Shown here in pieces: positions 35,808-50,237 of a stretch of DNA of 64,000 nucleotides. A program made the translations under genes and the position numbers. Under the pieces are notes generated by a model. That model had not been told where the DNA came from. It saw only the letters and a program-made list of their open reading frames with translations, and searched no databases. The stretch's first letter is position 1; each line of letters opens with the position of its first letter. Origin of the DNA: Camelus dromedarius (Eukaryota); the NCBI RefSeq assembly GCF_036321535.1, contig NC_087447.1:51958001-52022000 (forward strand), read 5' to 3'.

Positions 35808-37410
35808 CCCAAGCAGAGTATTTTTAAGAAGTGCAAAACTGAATGACCGAAAAGTGCTCTATCTAGGGAATTTACATGAGAAGAATACACGGGTGCGTGT
35901 GTGCCGGGGGAGGGAGGTGGAAGTGGGATAGGGTGAAGTGAGAAAAAAAAGCTAAGAGATACAGGCACAGTCCTCTGTCTTGTGATGTAGGCTCAATACT
36001 GAATTACCTAGGATTGAATAATCTATGCCCTAGTCACTCTTACTTTCTTTTGCTGCCCACCTGTGGGCCCATTCACTTCTCATAATCAATTACACCAGAG
36101 GGTTGGTAGGGAAAAGAGAAAATAAGAATCATGAATTAATTGTGTTGCTCACTGGTTCTGGATAATGCTGGTGTGAAAGGTGGGGATGAGTAAAATCGGC
36201 AGTTAAAATGTAATTTTATATTGGTGATTTTGAGGCAGTGCAACAGAGTGGAAAAGAACACAGACTTCAGAGCCAGAGAGAACAAGGTTTGAATACTGTC
36301 ACTTACTACCCACGTAGCCTCAGGAAATGCAATTAGTCCCTTTGCATCCAGTTTTCCATGTAATGGGAGAAAAAAGTAAGTTCTTGGCAAGGTTGTTTTG
36401 GGACTTAGAGATGAGATGGTTGTGTCTGCCTCATACTTGGCTAATACTGTTTCAGTAATACTACAAGAAAGAAAATACATTCAAAGCGATAACCTTCTAT
36501 ACCTCAGATAAGGTCATTTTATTTACTGGCAGGTCCTGATCTACAGGTGTTTTCCTACTGGTATTTATCTAGAGACAAGTGAAAAGCACCAGACAGAAAA
36601 GTTTAGGTTTGTGAACTTTTTTTGAGATAAACATAATATATTTGTTTCACAGACTTTTACAATTAATCATATTAAATATATAACTATTCAATACATATTT
36701 AAAGAGTCAAATATATTCTTATTTTATATTACTGACAATTTTGTAAAGGCAAGAAGAGAAAAAAGAGAAGGAAACCAGAAGAATAAAAAAATAGCTGCAG
36801 CTGAGGGTGAAGAAATAAGAGAGGGTAAGAAAGGCTAAAGCAAGCCAGCAGACCAACAGACAGAGACAACACAGGCAGACAGAGAAGAGATGGTCCGAAG
36901 AGAACTGACCAAGTGGAGAATCCGCCCAGACCTCCTTGATCCCTCCACAGGGTTCCCCTAACTATTTCCATTTGACAGCCAGGGCACTCGGAGCTGCCTG
37001 CTATGCCTAGCCAACTCTTCCTCTGTCCGATCATACCACTGCTATCATCTCTTGCCCAGCGTTTCCTCCAACCCCGTGCAGTCTCCGGATCAGTATCCAG
37101 CGTGATAGGAGACTGGGCACATTGCTATACAGTGCTCTAGTGCTCCTAGAAATCTAAAAAACAAGATACACCTATATTTGCATCCACTCAAGTGAGGACA
37201 TCCTGCGATAGAAATGAGGAAGTGTGTTTATAGAACACTGGGATCTTCTTTGGGAACACATTTTTATAGGTACCTTTGAGAAATGTTATCATTTTAAAAG
37301 ATGCAAAGAGTGAAGGATATAATTTAAGAAAACACATCAAATGAAACAGAATCAAGGAAAAATCCCAGACTGAGATGATTAACCCCGACTTGTTTAGTGT
37401 CTTTTCTTAC

Positions 37411-37548
37411 TGTGTGCTGAGGACTATCTTCATTATCCCTCATGTAGAATGGCTTGAGCTTTAATGGATAATTAATGACAAAGACTGGCATGTTGCCACA
37501 GTGCTTCACCAGGTACTTTTCATGTTCGGTGTGTAGATCAGCACCCCA
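37411..37548 (-). CDS. NARS2: NARS2 exon (138 nt)
   Basis: [46 protein letters not shown] with AG/GTAAG boundaries. Confidence 0.96.
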
Positions 37549-38490
37549 CTGTAATGAGAAAAAAGAAATTACCAAAGGAGAAGAGAGAACTGAAATATAC
37601 AACGCAGGACCTAAAATAACCTGTATCAGTGCCAAGGGCTTTCTCTCCCTGAGGATCAGGGATGTGTGGAGCTGTCTGCTGAGGTTACACAGATAACTAA
37701 ACTAGAGAGGGATACGTGTTAACAAGAACATCCAAAGGCCTGCGAAGATGAAAGCTGAAAGTAGTAGATGAACACCATGGTTTCTGTGCCCATCTCAGGG
37801 AGCAGCATTCAGCAGATGAACAGCATCTGCAGGAAAACACAGTGCACCTCCCATGGTGTATAAAAGCTACTTTGGAATCACAATTTTTACTAATATTGCC
37901 TAGAGCTTCTTCTACAGTTACTGTTCCTAAGTTTCAGGAAATTAAATGATGAAAGATAATATCCCTAATATTGAGTCTATCTTTGGCTAGATGGTTTCTC
38001 TCTGAATTTTTTTTTGATAAAAGAGTCAACCCTCATATATCAGATGCTCCTTAATGAATATTTAATAATACTGTTCATCTATTTATTCAGCAAATACTAA
38101 TATGCCTATTAAACTCTAGATACCATGCTAGGTACTAGAAATCCCTGACTTCATACATAAAGCTTCCAGGGTAGGAGATAAACATTAAATTAAAAATTAT
38201 ACAAAAAAATCAATTGATTATAAATATAACAAGCAAAGGGCACTCATAACTTAAGAGAGCATCTGACTTAATTAGGAATGGGACTGGTGTAAGGAACAGT
38301 TTGAAGACAAAGGTATTACATTCTTAACATTATCTTATTATTCCTACTTGTCTGGCAATGCACTAAGTATAGGAAAGAAGCACTGGCACAGAAATGAGGA
38401 GACTTGCCTCTAACGTTACGTGCAGGCCCACTGATACATCATGGGGCCTTTCCAGATCTATATCCTTGCCAAATAAAATAAAACAGCTCT

Positions 38491-38492
<2 letters not shown>

Positions 38493-38530
<38 letters not shown>
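38493..38530. repeat. (CA)n microsatellite
   Basis: About 19 uninterrupted CA units. Confidence 0.95.
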
Positions 38531-38533
<3 letters not shown>

Positions 38534-38989
38534 CTCGGTGTTTCCAAAGTGGATTACAAATTAGAAGGTTCCGTAAAGTTCAAAAGAAAAAGAAACCTGT
38601 TTAATGTGTTGACTAAACTTATTTGATCACACAACCTTTTTTGTCTGTCACCTGTTAACATCATTTAGAATACACTTTGGGAAACACTGAACTAGTTGAT
38701 TTCTACACTGATACTCTATGATTGCCATTCTTTCTAAGGAATTTCACTGGGAAACTTCTTTACAACCATTTTGTTACTGCTATTCCAAGTAATATGATTC
38801 TGCTTCAAAATTATTTTTCATTCTAAATATTCCAATGAAGTAGAGCAAACGTGAAAAAAAAGCCAATGTACAGATATGCAAATACCACACACTGCTAATA
38901 AGAAATAAGATTATTTTAAAGGATTCTTAATGAAATCAGAAACATACAAGACAGATACATATTTTCATACATATGTATGTATGTACTAC

Positions 38990-39056
38990 CTCTGGGCAGA
39001 AGGTGAAGTTCTGGGATGCCTGCTTTAAGATCTCCACTGCCTCAGTGTAAGAAATG
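38990..39056 (-). CDS. NARS2: NARS2 exon (67 nt)
   Basis: ISYTEAVEILKQASQNFTFCPE with AG/GT boundaries. Confidence 0.95.
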
Positions 39057-42000
39057 CTGGAGAGGGTAAAAGCAGAGAAAACGGTCAATACAATGGGCTG
39101 TTGTTAACTAATCCATCTGAAGGCTGGAAAAGGCCTATGCTCATACAGTTTTTGAGACTGTACTTGAGTATTAAATGATTACTGGGTTATCAGGAATGAT
39201 TATGAAAAATGGCTGCTAAGTAATCAGGAATTAAGGCCGATCTAATCCTCTGAGGGCCTGATCAGCATGAAGGGAAAGAGCCATTCAATAATCCCACTCC
39301 CCATCTACTTGCAGAGTACAAGAAGCCAGTCACTCAAGCAAGCACAGATTTTCTCTGAATTCATGTTATCCCAATGCCCTAATAAAAGGTGTGAAATATT
39401 GAGGCTGAAAGAGAAAAAGTCTCTCCCTAAAGCTCTCATTCATTCATCCAACAAATGAGCACTTACTATGTGCTACACATCCTAGGCACTGGAGATACAG
39501 TAAATAAGAACATGGAGCTGATGCCTGCACATGATAGGGGTGGGGAGGAAGATAAACAGAAGTGATATAAAGACAGGGAGCTATTGGTGCTATGCAGAAA
39601 AACAAAGCAAGGCAAAAAGACAGAGGGAGTTTGGGGGTGCTATTTTAGATAAGATGGTCAAGAAAGGCCTTGCTGAACTGGTGACATCTGAACAGAAACC
39701 TGTATGAAGTAAGGAAATGAGCCACACAAGTATCTGAGGGAAAGTATTCCAGGCAAAAGGAACAGGGAGTACGAAAGCCTGCAGTGCAGAACAGTTTGGC
39801 TCATTCAAGGAACAAACAAGTCAATGTGACTGTATGTGGCAAGGGGGAGAATGCCAGGAAACCAGCCAGGAAAGGCAGTCAGAGGTCAGATCCTAGGAAC
39901 TCTTTCAGGCCATGCTAAGGGCTTTGTAATATATTCTAGTATTGAAGATTGCTTAGGAAAAATATTATTGGTTACCTCAGTAAAAAAAAAAAAACCCACC
40001 ATGCCTCAAGCAAGCCAAATCAAGACTTTGGTTTAATTTTAACAGTTTGAGTAGGTAATATATGCACATAGTTAAAAAAAAAATCAAGATGAATAAGAGA
40101 ATATACCTCTTCCTTGGATCCCTGTCCTGTAGCTACCTAGTTCCTCTCCTCACACACAATCACTGTTGTTGGTTTTTGTACGTCCTTTATGCATTCATAA
40201 GCAAATATTAATATTTGATCTCCCTTTTTTATAGATGGCAGCCACAGCATATATATCATACACACTTTTCTATTTTTTTACACAATAATATACCTTGCAG
40301 ATCTTTACACATCAGTATATGAAGAATTCTCCACTTTTTGAACTATCAGATAATATTCCATTTTGTGGATGTGCCCTAATTAGCTGAACCAGTCACCTCT
40401 CAGTGGGTATTTCAGCTGCTTCCAATCTCTCACTGTTATAAATCATGACGACATATAGCTATTTTATGCTCTTACATACTAATTCCGTACACGGGAAAAA
40501 TGGAATTGTTGGATACAAGGGTATTAGCATTTGCAGTTTTTATAATTTTGAAAGACTGCCAAAGATACTGTCTCCCTTTTACAGGGTTATACCAATTTAT
40601 GCCTATCAGTAGTATATGAAAACATCAGTTGCTCTGTAGCCTCTGCGACACTATTCTGCATAATTAAAAACAAAAATCTACAAACTTTCTGAAGGATTTT
40701 GAACTAAAAAAATAATTTAGCCAACAAAAACTTACTCTCTGAAGGAAAAATAAAGTTCACATCTATAACTAGAAAGAGTTGTATCATATAGTACAAATAA
40801 AGCCCCCAAATCTATGTTTTGAGTGAGTTTTTTTCCTAAGACGAAAACTAAAATCTAGTATTAAATAACAGATCATTTCTAAGGTAAAAATGGTGTTGGT
40901 GTTGATAGTAGTAATAAGTTTTGAATGAGCATTTTACAAAAGGGAAACTGAAGGTTACAGAGGATCAGTAACTTGCTAAAAATCACTCATGTGGTCAGTA
41001 GTAAACCCTGATGTGCTGACTCCAGAGTCTAAGCTTCTAACTGCTGAGAGAATGCCTAACTCCCTTGGAGTTTCAAACATAAGTTCTAACAGAACAAAAG
41101 ACAATGGGCTCTGGGTTCTCCCTTTGACTCTACCACTTACTAGCTGTGCAAATCACTTCACCTCACTTAAAGCATCCTATAAATTTTTGTAATTTATAGA
41201 AAAATCTAAAAATAAAAACATTAAAAAATTATCTGTATTTGTAAAATAGGGAGTTACATTATATTGTCTAAAGTTCCTTTCTGCTTAAGATGTTCTATTG
41301 TTTTATTCCATCAATTACTTGATATGATCTACTTCTTATACTGAGAAATATAAGAGCAATAAACATGAGAAGCACTAGAATTCTGTACCATTGATATGCT
41401 ACTGCTACATTATTAAGAAAAAATGACTCCCATGTCTAAATATCTCGTTACTCTGGATATTCTGCCCTACTCCTCCCACACCTTAAGATGAGGCAGAACT
41501 TTCAAGATCAAATTGCAGTTCTGACACTGGATATCCTTAACGGCCTTCATCAATTCTCTTTACTAGTTTCTCTTGTTATGTATAGGGAATAATATTTCTT
41601 CTCATTCCCAGAAACTATTTGCAAAGTGCTCTGAGGAACGGAGAAGACACTCTTGTACTGCATGATACACTATCAAACTAGCTTCATATTTCAAATTTTC
41701 TGTTGTTGAATGAAGAAAACTATTCTGAAATGTGGGAGTACAGCTGCTAAGTTACAGAGATCATTACCAGTATTCTTTGCCTAAAATTCACACAGACAAA
41801 TGAAAGGCAAATCTTATATAATTTAAAAACCTTAATACTACAAAAGGAAACATAAAATAACTGAGTTCTAGTTCTGCTTGATAAAGGCTAAATTCAATTA
41901 CTACACAAATCCTTTAAATAATATATTTTCATATAAAACAATTTAAATATTCAAGAATATGATGAAATCTATTCAAAAGAATGTAAGTCACACAGTACCT

Positions 42001-43864
42001 TGTGTGTGTTTGTGTGTGTGTGTATATGTGTACTTCGGGAAGCATCTTGATTCTAATTCATCATGCTAGATCTACTCTCATATCCTCTCAAGGCTGTTAA
42101 AATCTCTGGTTTCAAAGACTGGCAAACCCTGCCCTCCATCTCTGGTACCCTCTACCTTGAGAATCCTCAACATCGTGCAATTTATGTATGCCCTCTGGTG
42201 TTCAGTTCCCTCTTTGTTTCTAGGTCCTGGAAATTCTCTTATGTTCTAGTGAAGTCAACAATGCATTTAAAAGGATTTCATAATATTTTAAATAGAATTT
42301 TTAGATGTTTTGTAGTTCTGCTTCAGGTTTTCAAGTTGTCTAGTCTGACAAATTGCTTAAGCAGCATGGTCATTTGATCCTTCTAACAAAATAAGACAGA
42401 CAAGTTATCACTTTATAGATGAGGAAACAAGCTCAGAAAGGTTAAAGATTTACTATTTATCAAGTTCATAGTTGTAAGTAAATAATTATTCATGCAAATA
42501 TTTAACTATTCATCTTTTTCTCTATATTTTAAACTCAAGAAAAGAATCAATCCATGCTCATCTTCACTCCTAAATCCTCAGTGACTAGCTCAGTGTCTAA
42601 CTCATAGTAGGGAGTTAATATATATTTGTTGAAAAATATGAATTCATTCATCAATGGTTAATAAGTGGTAGAGCCAGGATTAGAATTCAAGTCCTCTTAT
42701 AGTTCACTATACGCAGAGCATAAAGTAAACAGTGACAGAGTTAGGAGAAAACCTCAGGGAGAGGACCTAGTTTAAAGGAGAATACCTTCACCCTCAGGGT
42801 TACTCAAATGTCATTTACTCATTCACTCAGTTATTTAATAAATATTTACTGAGTTCCTATTAGAGGCAGTGTGCTAAGCACTGGGGGTAATAATGTAAAA
42901 TAAACAAGCCCCTGACCACACAGAGTTGATAAACACTAAACAAGAATCCACACATGCAAATTTAAACCACAATCAGGATCTGTGCTGTGTGGAATGGATG
43001 ATGGTGATGGCCATGACTGAGACGGCACAGCCCATGAGGTCATTCCCAATCTCACTGCTTCACATGAATGGACTGTTACATGGTACGTCAAGATCGGAGT
43101 GGAGCTACAAGTGCTCTAGCATTAATTCCAGCGCTCTTTCAAACACATGAAGCATACTGGTTGAAAGCATATGAGCTTTGAAATCAGGTAAGTATGAGTT
43201 TGAATCCCCATCTCATCTTTTACTTGTCTAATTTCTTTGAGTTGAATCGTCATCTATAGAATGGCAATAGTAACTACCCACAGAGTTGCTGTGAAGATAA
43301 AAGTGAACTACAATGTTTGTAAACTTTCCCTCTGTCTGGCACATAGCAAATATTCAATAAAAGATGGATATTCCACCCACTCCATCTTAGATCTTATTCC
43401 TTAGATAAGAGTTGGGTAATTTTCCTTAAGGTCTCCCCAGTTTTCTGTTACCAACACAGATTCATTGGGGTGCCCAAATTACTTCTTTCCTTATCTACTT
43501 AATTATAACTTTTATCAACACGTTTATGTCCAGAACTCTCCTGGAGACTACAGATCTGTGCACTCAAACTGCCTACCCAACATCTAAAACTGGATGTCTG
43601 AAAAGTATGTCAATCTTAACATGACACCTGGTGATGACAAGCCTGGTATCACCCCCTTTCTCCCCACAAACCCCCTGCTACTCTGTGGCTTCCCCCATCT
43701 CCGATAACAGCAACTCCATTTTTACAGCTGTGTAAGACAAAGACCTTCGAGTCACCCTTGACTCTCCTCTCTCTTTCCCACTTTCAGAAAGTCTTGTATG
43801 CTCTATCTTTACAATATATCCAGAACAGGACAATTTCTCTATCTCCATTGCCACCACCCTGGTC

Positions 43865-44275
43865 TGTGATGGTTAATTTTATGTGTTAAGCTGGCTGGGC
43901 TGCAGTACCCAGATATTTGGGCAAACATTCACAACGTTTCCAAGAAGGTGTTTTTTCGGATGAGTAAACACTGAAATCAGTGGACCCCAAGTAAAGCAGA
44001 TTACCCTCCAAAACACGGGTGGGCCACATCCAATCAGCTGGAGGCCTTACTAGACAAAGACTGGCCTCCTCCAAGAAAGACGGAATTTTGCCAGCAGACT
44101 GCCTTTGGACTTGAACTGAAGCTCTTCCCTGAGTCTCTAGGACCTGCTGGGCTCCTACATCAGATTTTGAACTTGCCCAGCCTCCACAGCTGTGTGAGCT
44201 AATTCCTTAGAATAAACCTTTCTCTCTATATACACATCCTGTTGGTCTTGTTTCCCTGGAGAACCCCGACTAACA
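43865..44275. mobile_element. solo LTR, MLT2/ERVL-like, inserted into an L2 relic
   Basis: Starts TGTGATGGTTAATTTTATGTGT, contains AATAAAC, ends GAGAACCCCGACTAACA; L2-like sequence on both sides. Confidence 0.8.
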
Positions 44276-45979
44276 CTGGGTTCAAATCACCACACAGTTT
44301 CCCTCAGATGACTGGAGCAGTTTCCTGCTCGTTCTCCTGCGCTTGCTCTTGTCCCACTACAGCCTATTCCCAACAAACAGCAGTGATCCTGTTAAATCCA
44401 ATTCAGATCCCGTGGGCTCTCTGCACAGAACCCTTCCATGGCTTCCCAATCCAGACTCCTTACAGTGACCTACAATGTCCCACATGATTTCCCCACCTCC
44501 CCTCTCCTTTCTTACTTCATGTTCTATTATTCTCTTCCGTCATTCACTCCTCACTATACAGCAGGCACGCTCCAACCTCAGGGTCTTTGCACTTGCTATT
44601 CCCTCTGCCTAGAATATTCTTTCCCACTTACCCATATAGCTAGTTCTCTTACTGTACTTCCTTTAGATCTCCACCCAAAAATAGTGAGATCTTCCCTGAC
44701 ACACTATCTAAAATTTCTATCTCCTCATTTTCCTTTGTCTTCTCTTATCTTTCTCTTCTCTGGGTCTTTTCCCCTAAGTTATTACTCATTTTCACAGACT
44801 ACATGTTTCATTTATTTATTGTGTTTCTTGTCTATTATTACCTCCACTAGAAATATAAGCTCAATGAAGACATGGAATTTTATCTGCTTTATTCACTGCT
44901 TTAAGATAGTTTTCAGGTTCTAGAACAATGCCTGGCACATAGTAAATCTTCAATATGCATTTAAGTGAAAGAAAACATCTAAAAAGCCTTCACCTGTACT
45001 TCATTGCCCTTCAGTTCTCTATCGCAGGGCTCCTGACTGTTTCCTCCTCTTCTGATCCCACAGCCGCTGCCTTGCTATTGGCTCAGGCTCAACGACTCAT
45101 CGCTTTTAACTTGTAGCCTGAACGTCTAGTCTGATACGTGATATTTGCAGCTCAGTCAAGTCTGCCAAGTTTTTTTTATTCTCCTCCTCAAGGACAGGTT
45201 GAATTTTTGATTCTCTTAGAATAAAAATTCCCTAAATCTAAGATGGCAAGTGAAAAATGATACTAACTTATGTTCAGAGACAATCTTCTGTTCTTCTGAG
45301 GATCAGTCTCACTTCCTCTGTAAATATGCTGAATACAAGTCTTACATAAGTTGTTTGTACTATGTATAAGAGGTTGCTTATTTTTTTTATATCAAATATG
45401 CATCTGTTTTATAATAAACTGTGAAAAGAACAGTCTATCTGATTAATATGGTTGGTGGAATAAACAGGCAGTCCAATATCAAGTTCTACTTGAACAGGAT
45501 GATAGTGGAAATGAGGCAATAATTTATGTGCTTTATTTCAAAGACAAATCTTGAGGTTTACAATATATGGCTAAAAAAACAGTTCAGAATATATTTTCAG
45601 ATTTTAGCAAGTGAAGGTAAAGAAGGAAAAGAAAGAAGACTGAAATAGAGGAAAACTGAGAGGCAGCCATTACAGGTATCTTAAAAGCTTATTTTTTAAT
45701 CAAGCCAGATTTTGATTACTTAATAATTAGTTTGAATTGCAGTAATACAGTTAATAATTATTATGTTCATTTATTTTCTTATGATTTATTCATTGATTTA
45801 TTCATGAAACATTGCTCATCAACCATGAACCAGACATAAGTGCTCTAAAAATAATTAAAACATGGTTTTTCTTTGAGTCTAGGGAATGTGATAAGCAGAT
45901 ATACATACAAAACTTAATACAGTGTGATAAATACAATGATAAAGTATGAAAAAGGTTCAGAGAAAGTATATCTACTTAC

Positions 45980-46017
45980 ATTAGAAAGTTGTTTTTTAGC
46001 ATATGTTCTAATCTGTC
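45980..46017 (-). CDS. NARS2: NARS2 exon (38 nt)
   Basis: DRLEHMLKNNFL(I) with AG/GTAAGT boundaries; phase 0/2. Confidence 0.93.
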
Positions 46018-46115
46018 CTTGTTAAGAAAAGAGAAAAAGAAAATTTATTAAATGTAATGATATTCATTACCTGTAATAAACATATTTAAAAGGCTTTATC
46101 CACAAAGCTAGTTAC

Positions 46116-46214
46116 CTTTTGGCCAGGAGCTATGAACTTGTGACACAGTTCAACATCTTCAGGACAATTTGACAGAACCGTCGTTGTTGTAGCCTTAAAG
46201 AGCCCCTCCATTAC
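46116..46214 (-). CDS. NARS2: NARS2 exon (99 nt)
   Basis: [33 protein letters not shown] with AG/GT boundaries. Confidence 0.95.
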
Positions 46215-49200
46215 CTAAGAGAAATGACAGAGAATTACCCGACATGTAAGCTACATGAAACACCTGTTTAGGGCCCTGTAAGGACTGCTCTCCAGGTCTG
46301 AGCAGCTGTAAATCCATTAGGCCTCTTACTTTCTGAATATACTGGAGCAAGTTAATTTGGTTTTCCAGATTGATTAGAGGAGGCATCACAACTTCTTCTT
46401 AGAGGGTGTAAAAAAAGGAAAGAAAAATGTCTCAATCTTCTGTTAACAGTTTCAGTACTGACCCTGAAGTGGGCTGTCAAATGAACAGCTAAAGCAAATT
46501 GACGCCTCTCTAAATTTCAGTATACTCACTTATAGAATCAGGACAGTAACATTTCCTAGCTTACAGGGTTGTTGTGATAGTTAAATGAGGTAATCCATGT
46601 ACAAGACATAGCTTAGTGCCCAGTAAAAAGAAGCTCACAATAGGCATCAGCTGTTGTGAAGAGTGGGCCATTTTGAAAAGTGCTTCATTCAGTCACTGGT
46701 AAATGAAAGTAAACTTTAGGATTGGAGAAGCAATGAGAAATATAGCTACATCTAAATATATACCTTTTTGCTTTGCAAGGTATAGAGTAAAAAATAACAA
46801 ATCATTATATAACACAAATCAGTACATAAGAATTCATTCTATTGTGGGTGTCTATAAAAGTCTCATTGGAAAAACTTCTTAGAAGAAAAAACTGGAAAGG
46901 AAAATATTCCTAAAATATTTTTAATCAAAACTAAAATTTCTGTTTTGAAGGCAGTGAGATCATTGTGATCTCAGAATGTGTCCTCATAAAGATACATACA
47001 TTGGTTAAGTACAGTTTGCCCCAGAGGCAGGGATCCTCTGCTTCTTTTTTTTTTTTTTAATCACTGGATACCCTATCAAGCCTGGAAACACAGTGGGGGC
47101 TTAAGCATCAGAGTTAGTATGAAAGATAGAGGAAAGCACTTAATTATCAAAAGAAACCATATAGATTTATTTACATATATAAAATATTTTTAGATTTCTT
47201 TTTATATATATTTTACATTTTTTACATTATACGTACTATTTTGTAGAGAAATAAGGAATAACTTGATGAAAGAAGAGGAAAAGGAGGCTAAAGATCTTTT
47301 ACCTTGAGGCTATATCACCTTCAATCTAGCAGTGATAAGGAGATCACTAAGTACCTGAATGATTTCTGAAGGGTTATATCCTTCAATCACTCAAAAAAAG
47401 CCAACACATATTGGGAAGAAAAAAGAACAGGTAGACTGGATAGCATGCTTGCACTGTTGAGGGATTCAACATATTCAGCTGTAAGGTGAACACTGACCAC
47501 TGGGACTATTAAACAGGGTCTTTAAGGAACAGTGCATTTCCACCTGAAGAAGAAAATCACTGGCTTTTCTAACTTAAATTTTACACCATGCTCTATAAAT
47601 ATATCTGAAGAAAACAGAAACCTAACAGAAGAGTTAGCATAACCCTCAGATGTTTTAAAAATTATATTACTCGATAGCACTAAAATAGTAATATTTAACT
47701 GCTTATGCCTCATGAGAAGAAAAAAATCCTTTGTTACAAATTCTGATTGAATATTTGAGACTGGTCTCATCAAGATAAATAATTTCCACAGAATTTGGAA
47801 GAAATTAAGGGAGAAAATTAAGAGAAGCAGGAGATTACTTTCAGGGGGAGCATAATTTTTTCTTCTATCTTTAGGAAAAAGTTCACATTTCAATTAATTA
47901 AACCAGTTAGCAGTATATAACCAGAGTACCACTCAGTGGAGTACCAAATAAATGAGAATTATGTAATTATAGAATACATACTTATATGTATTATATGTAA
48001 ATATAGAATAGAGCAAAGATTATGTTTAATAAATTCTAACATATTCTATGTATTGTCTTTACAACCTTTCCCTCTGGTATTATGCTGGGGCAGTGGAGAC
48101 AAGGTGAAGGCAGAGATAGGAGGTAAAGAGTGTGGTTCCACTCCTCACAGCTCTCCCATTGCCTGAGTGAAAGAACAGTTTAGAATTAGTGGTGGGCTCA
48201 CACTGAAAGCTGACTAAGGAATTTTACTGATGCTTTGAGGCTCAGATTCTGAATCCCTAAATCTAGAAAAGGGTTTCTCATCGGTGTTACTATTGACGTT
48301 TTTGGCCAGATAATTCTTTGCTGAGGGAGAGGAGGTTGTGCACTGTAGGATGCTGAACAGCATCCGTAGCCTTTACCCACTAGATGCCAGTAGGAACCAG
48401 TCTTCCCTGCTCCTCCACCCACTCCCTAGTGGGGACAACCAGAAGCGCCCCCCGAGGGACACTGACCCAGAGAAACCAGTGGGAGATGTTAAAGGGGTAT
48501 ATATAAGGGAATACTGCACTGTGTTGCCAGAACACTCCTTCGGAACCAAGAATTTTAGCTGCTGGGAAAATCAACTGCTGATGGTTCATAGTTGGGTCCC
48601 TCTTCAGGAACTGCCCAGGCCAAGTGCACTGCCTTACCCAAGGTTATACCCCTTCCCAGGCTAGTCCACGTCAGTGACTGGTTGATGTGGGGAGCCACTT
48701 GCCTTCCTATGGGACAAATATAAAGGACCATTCCAGCTCCAAAGTTCCTCACAGAACTAGCTAAGGCCTCTGTTTGTAAATGCATCACAGTTCAGCTTTT
48801 CCTTCTGCCCAATGCTGTTTTCCTCCTTTCTTTACAGATGTTTTTCTCAAGAGCATTCTCCAATAATACCCTACACACAGATCTCTGCTTTAGGTTTATT
48901 TACTAGGAAATACACCCTAAAATAGGATAATAAAATTGTGAATCCATTCTATTTGGAAGTATAACTGATGTTTTAAGTAGAACTGGGTAATTTACTGGGT
49001 GAATGAGAGTAGAAATGAATAAAGTAAGAGTTGATGAAAATTGCTAAAATAAGTATCTTGTAATGAGAAATCCAAACTATGATATTAACCAAAATGGTAC
49101 CAGATAGAGAATCCATAATAACAATTAACAGTTTCTGGGTACTTACTAAGTGTCATCAACTATTCTAAATGCCACACACACACACACAATATGTCTAATT

Positions 49201-50104
49201 CTCTGAACTACCTTATGAAGTAGAAATTATTATTTCTACTTTATATATGAAGAAACTGAGGCTCAGAGAAATTAAGTCCCTTGTCCAAGGTCACATAGCC
49301 AGTAAATGAAGGTGCTAAGAATCAAACCCTGGTCCATCTAGCTTCAGAGTTTGCATGCTTTAGCTGGATTATGGCTGCAGCCTCCTGAAAAGGCTCCCAT
49401 CCCCATTTTCATCTTCCTCTAAATCATTCTTCATATTGCTGCTAGAGAGATACTTCTGAAATGTAACTCTGACCATGGCCTTTCCCAGCTGAGAACTCTT
49501 TCTCCTTCATCTTTTGGATTGAGTTCAAACTTATCATGGCATTCAAACACAAAGTCTTTCTTTCATGATCTGACTCTTGACCACCTCTCCAGCGTCACCT
49601 CCTGAGCCAGAGCTCTGGCAGCTTTGTGTATGCTGCCTAATAACACAGCTAGAGAAACGTTTCTCTTTCCATCAAGATGTGTTATTTACGTGCCTAGCAA
49701 ATAACAAGAGCTACTATTTATCAAGCCTGCTTTGTGCCAGACCTCATACTAGGTGCTTTACATTATATACATTATTTCATTTACTTCTCACAATAACCTA
49801 ATGAAATAGCTACTATTATTCTCATTTTATAGTTGAGGAAGCTGAAGATCACTCAAGTTAGGTAACATCATAACAAAGTTAATGGTAGGGCTTGGATATG
49901 AACTTACATCTGTTTGACTCTTGTACTTTAAACTACGACACTAACATCATTTAGTAGACATTTATTAAATTAAGTAGTTCTCCATCTTCTTCAGTCTATA
50001 AACACCTCTAAGGCACAGACGTACAAGCTAAAAATGTATACAGAAGCATTTTAATGTCACATATGTCTGATATTTAGAAACTATTTTAAAACTTGTGTAC
50101 CTAC

Positions 50105-50237
50105 CTGCATGAGATCTTGAAGATTCTCAAGAAAGGAAATCTCTGCTTCTACCATATAAAACTCTGCCAGGTGTCTCCGGCTCTGAGAATTCTCTGCTCG
50201 AAATGTTGGGCCAAAGGTAAACACTTGAGTAAAAGCT
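50105..50237 (-). CDS. NARS2: NARS2 exon (133 nt), class II aaRS motif 2
   Basis: [44 protein letters not shown]; upstream exons lie beyond the window end. Confidence 0.97.

Noticed and set aside
44438..44923. 161-aa hydrophobic ORF
   Set aside because: Lies in pyrimidine-rich L2-derived sequence; Leu/Ser/Phe bias is compositional.
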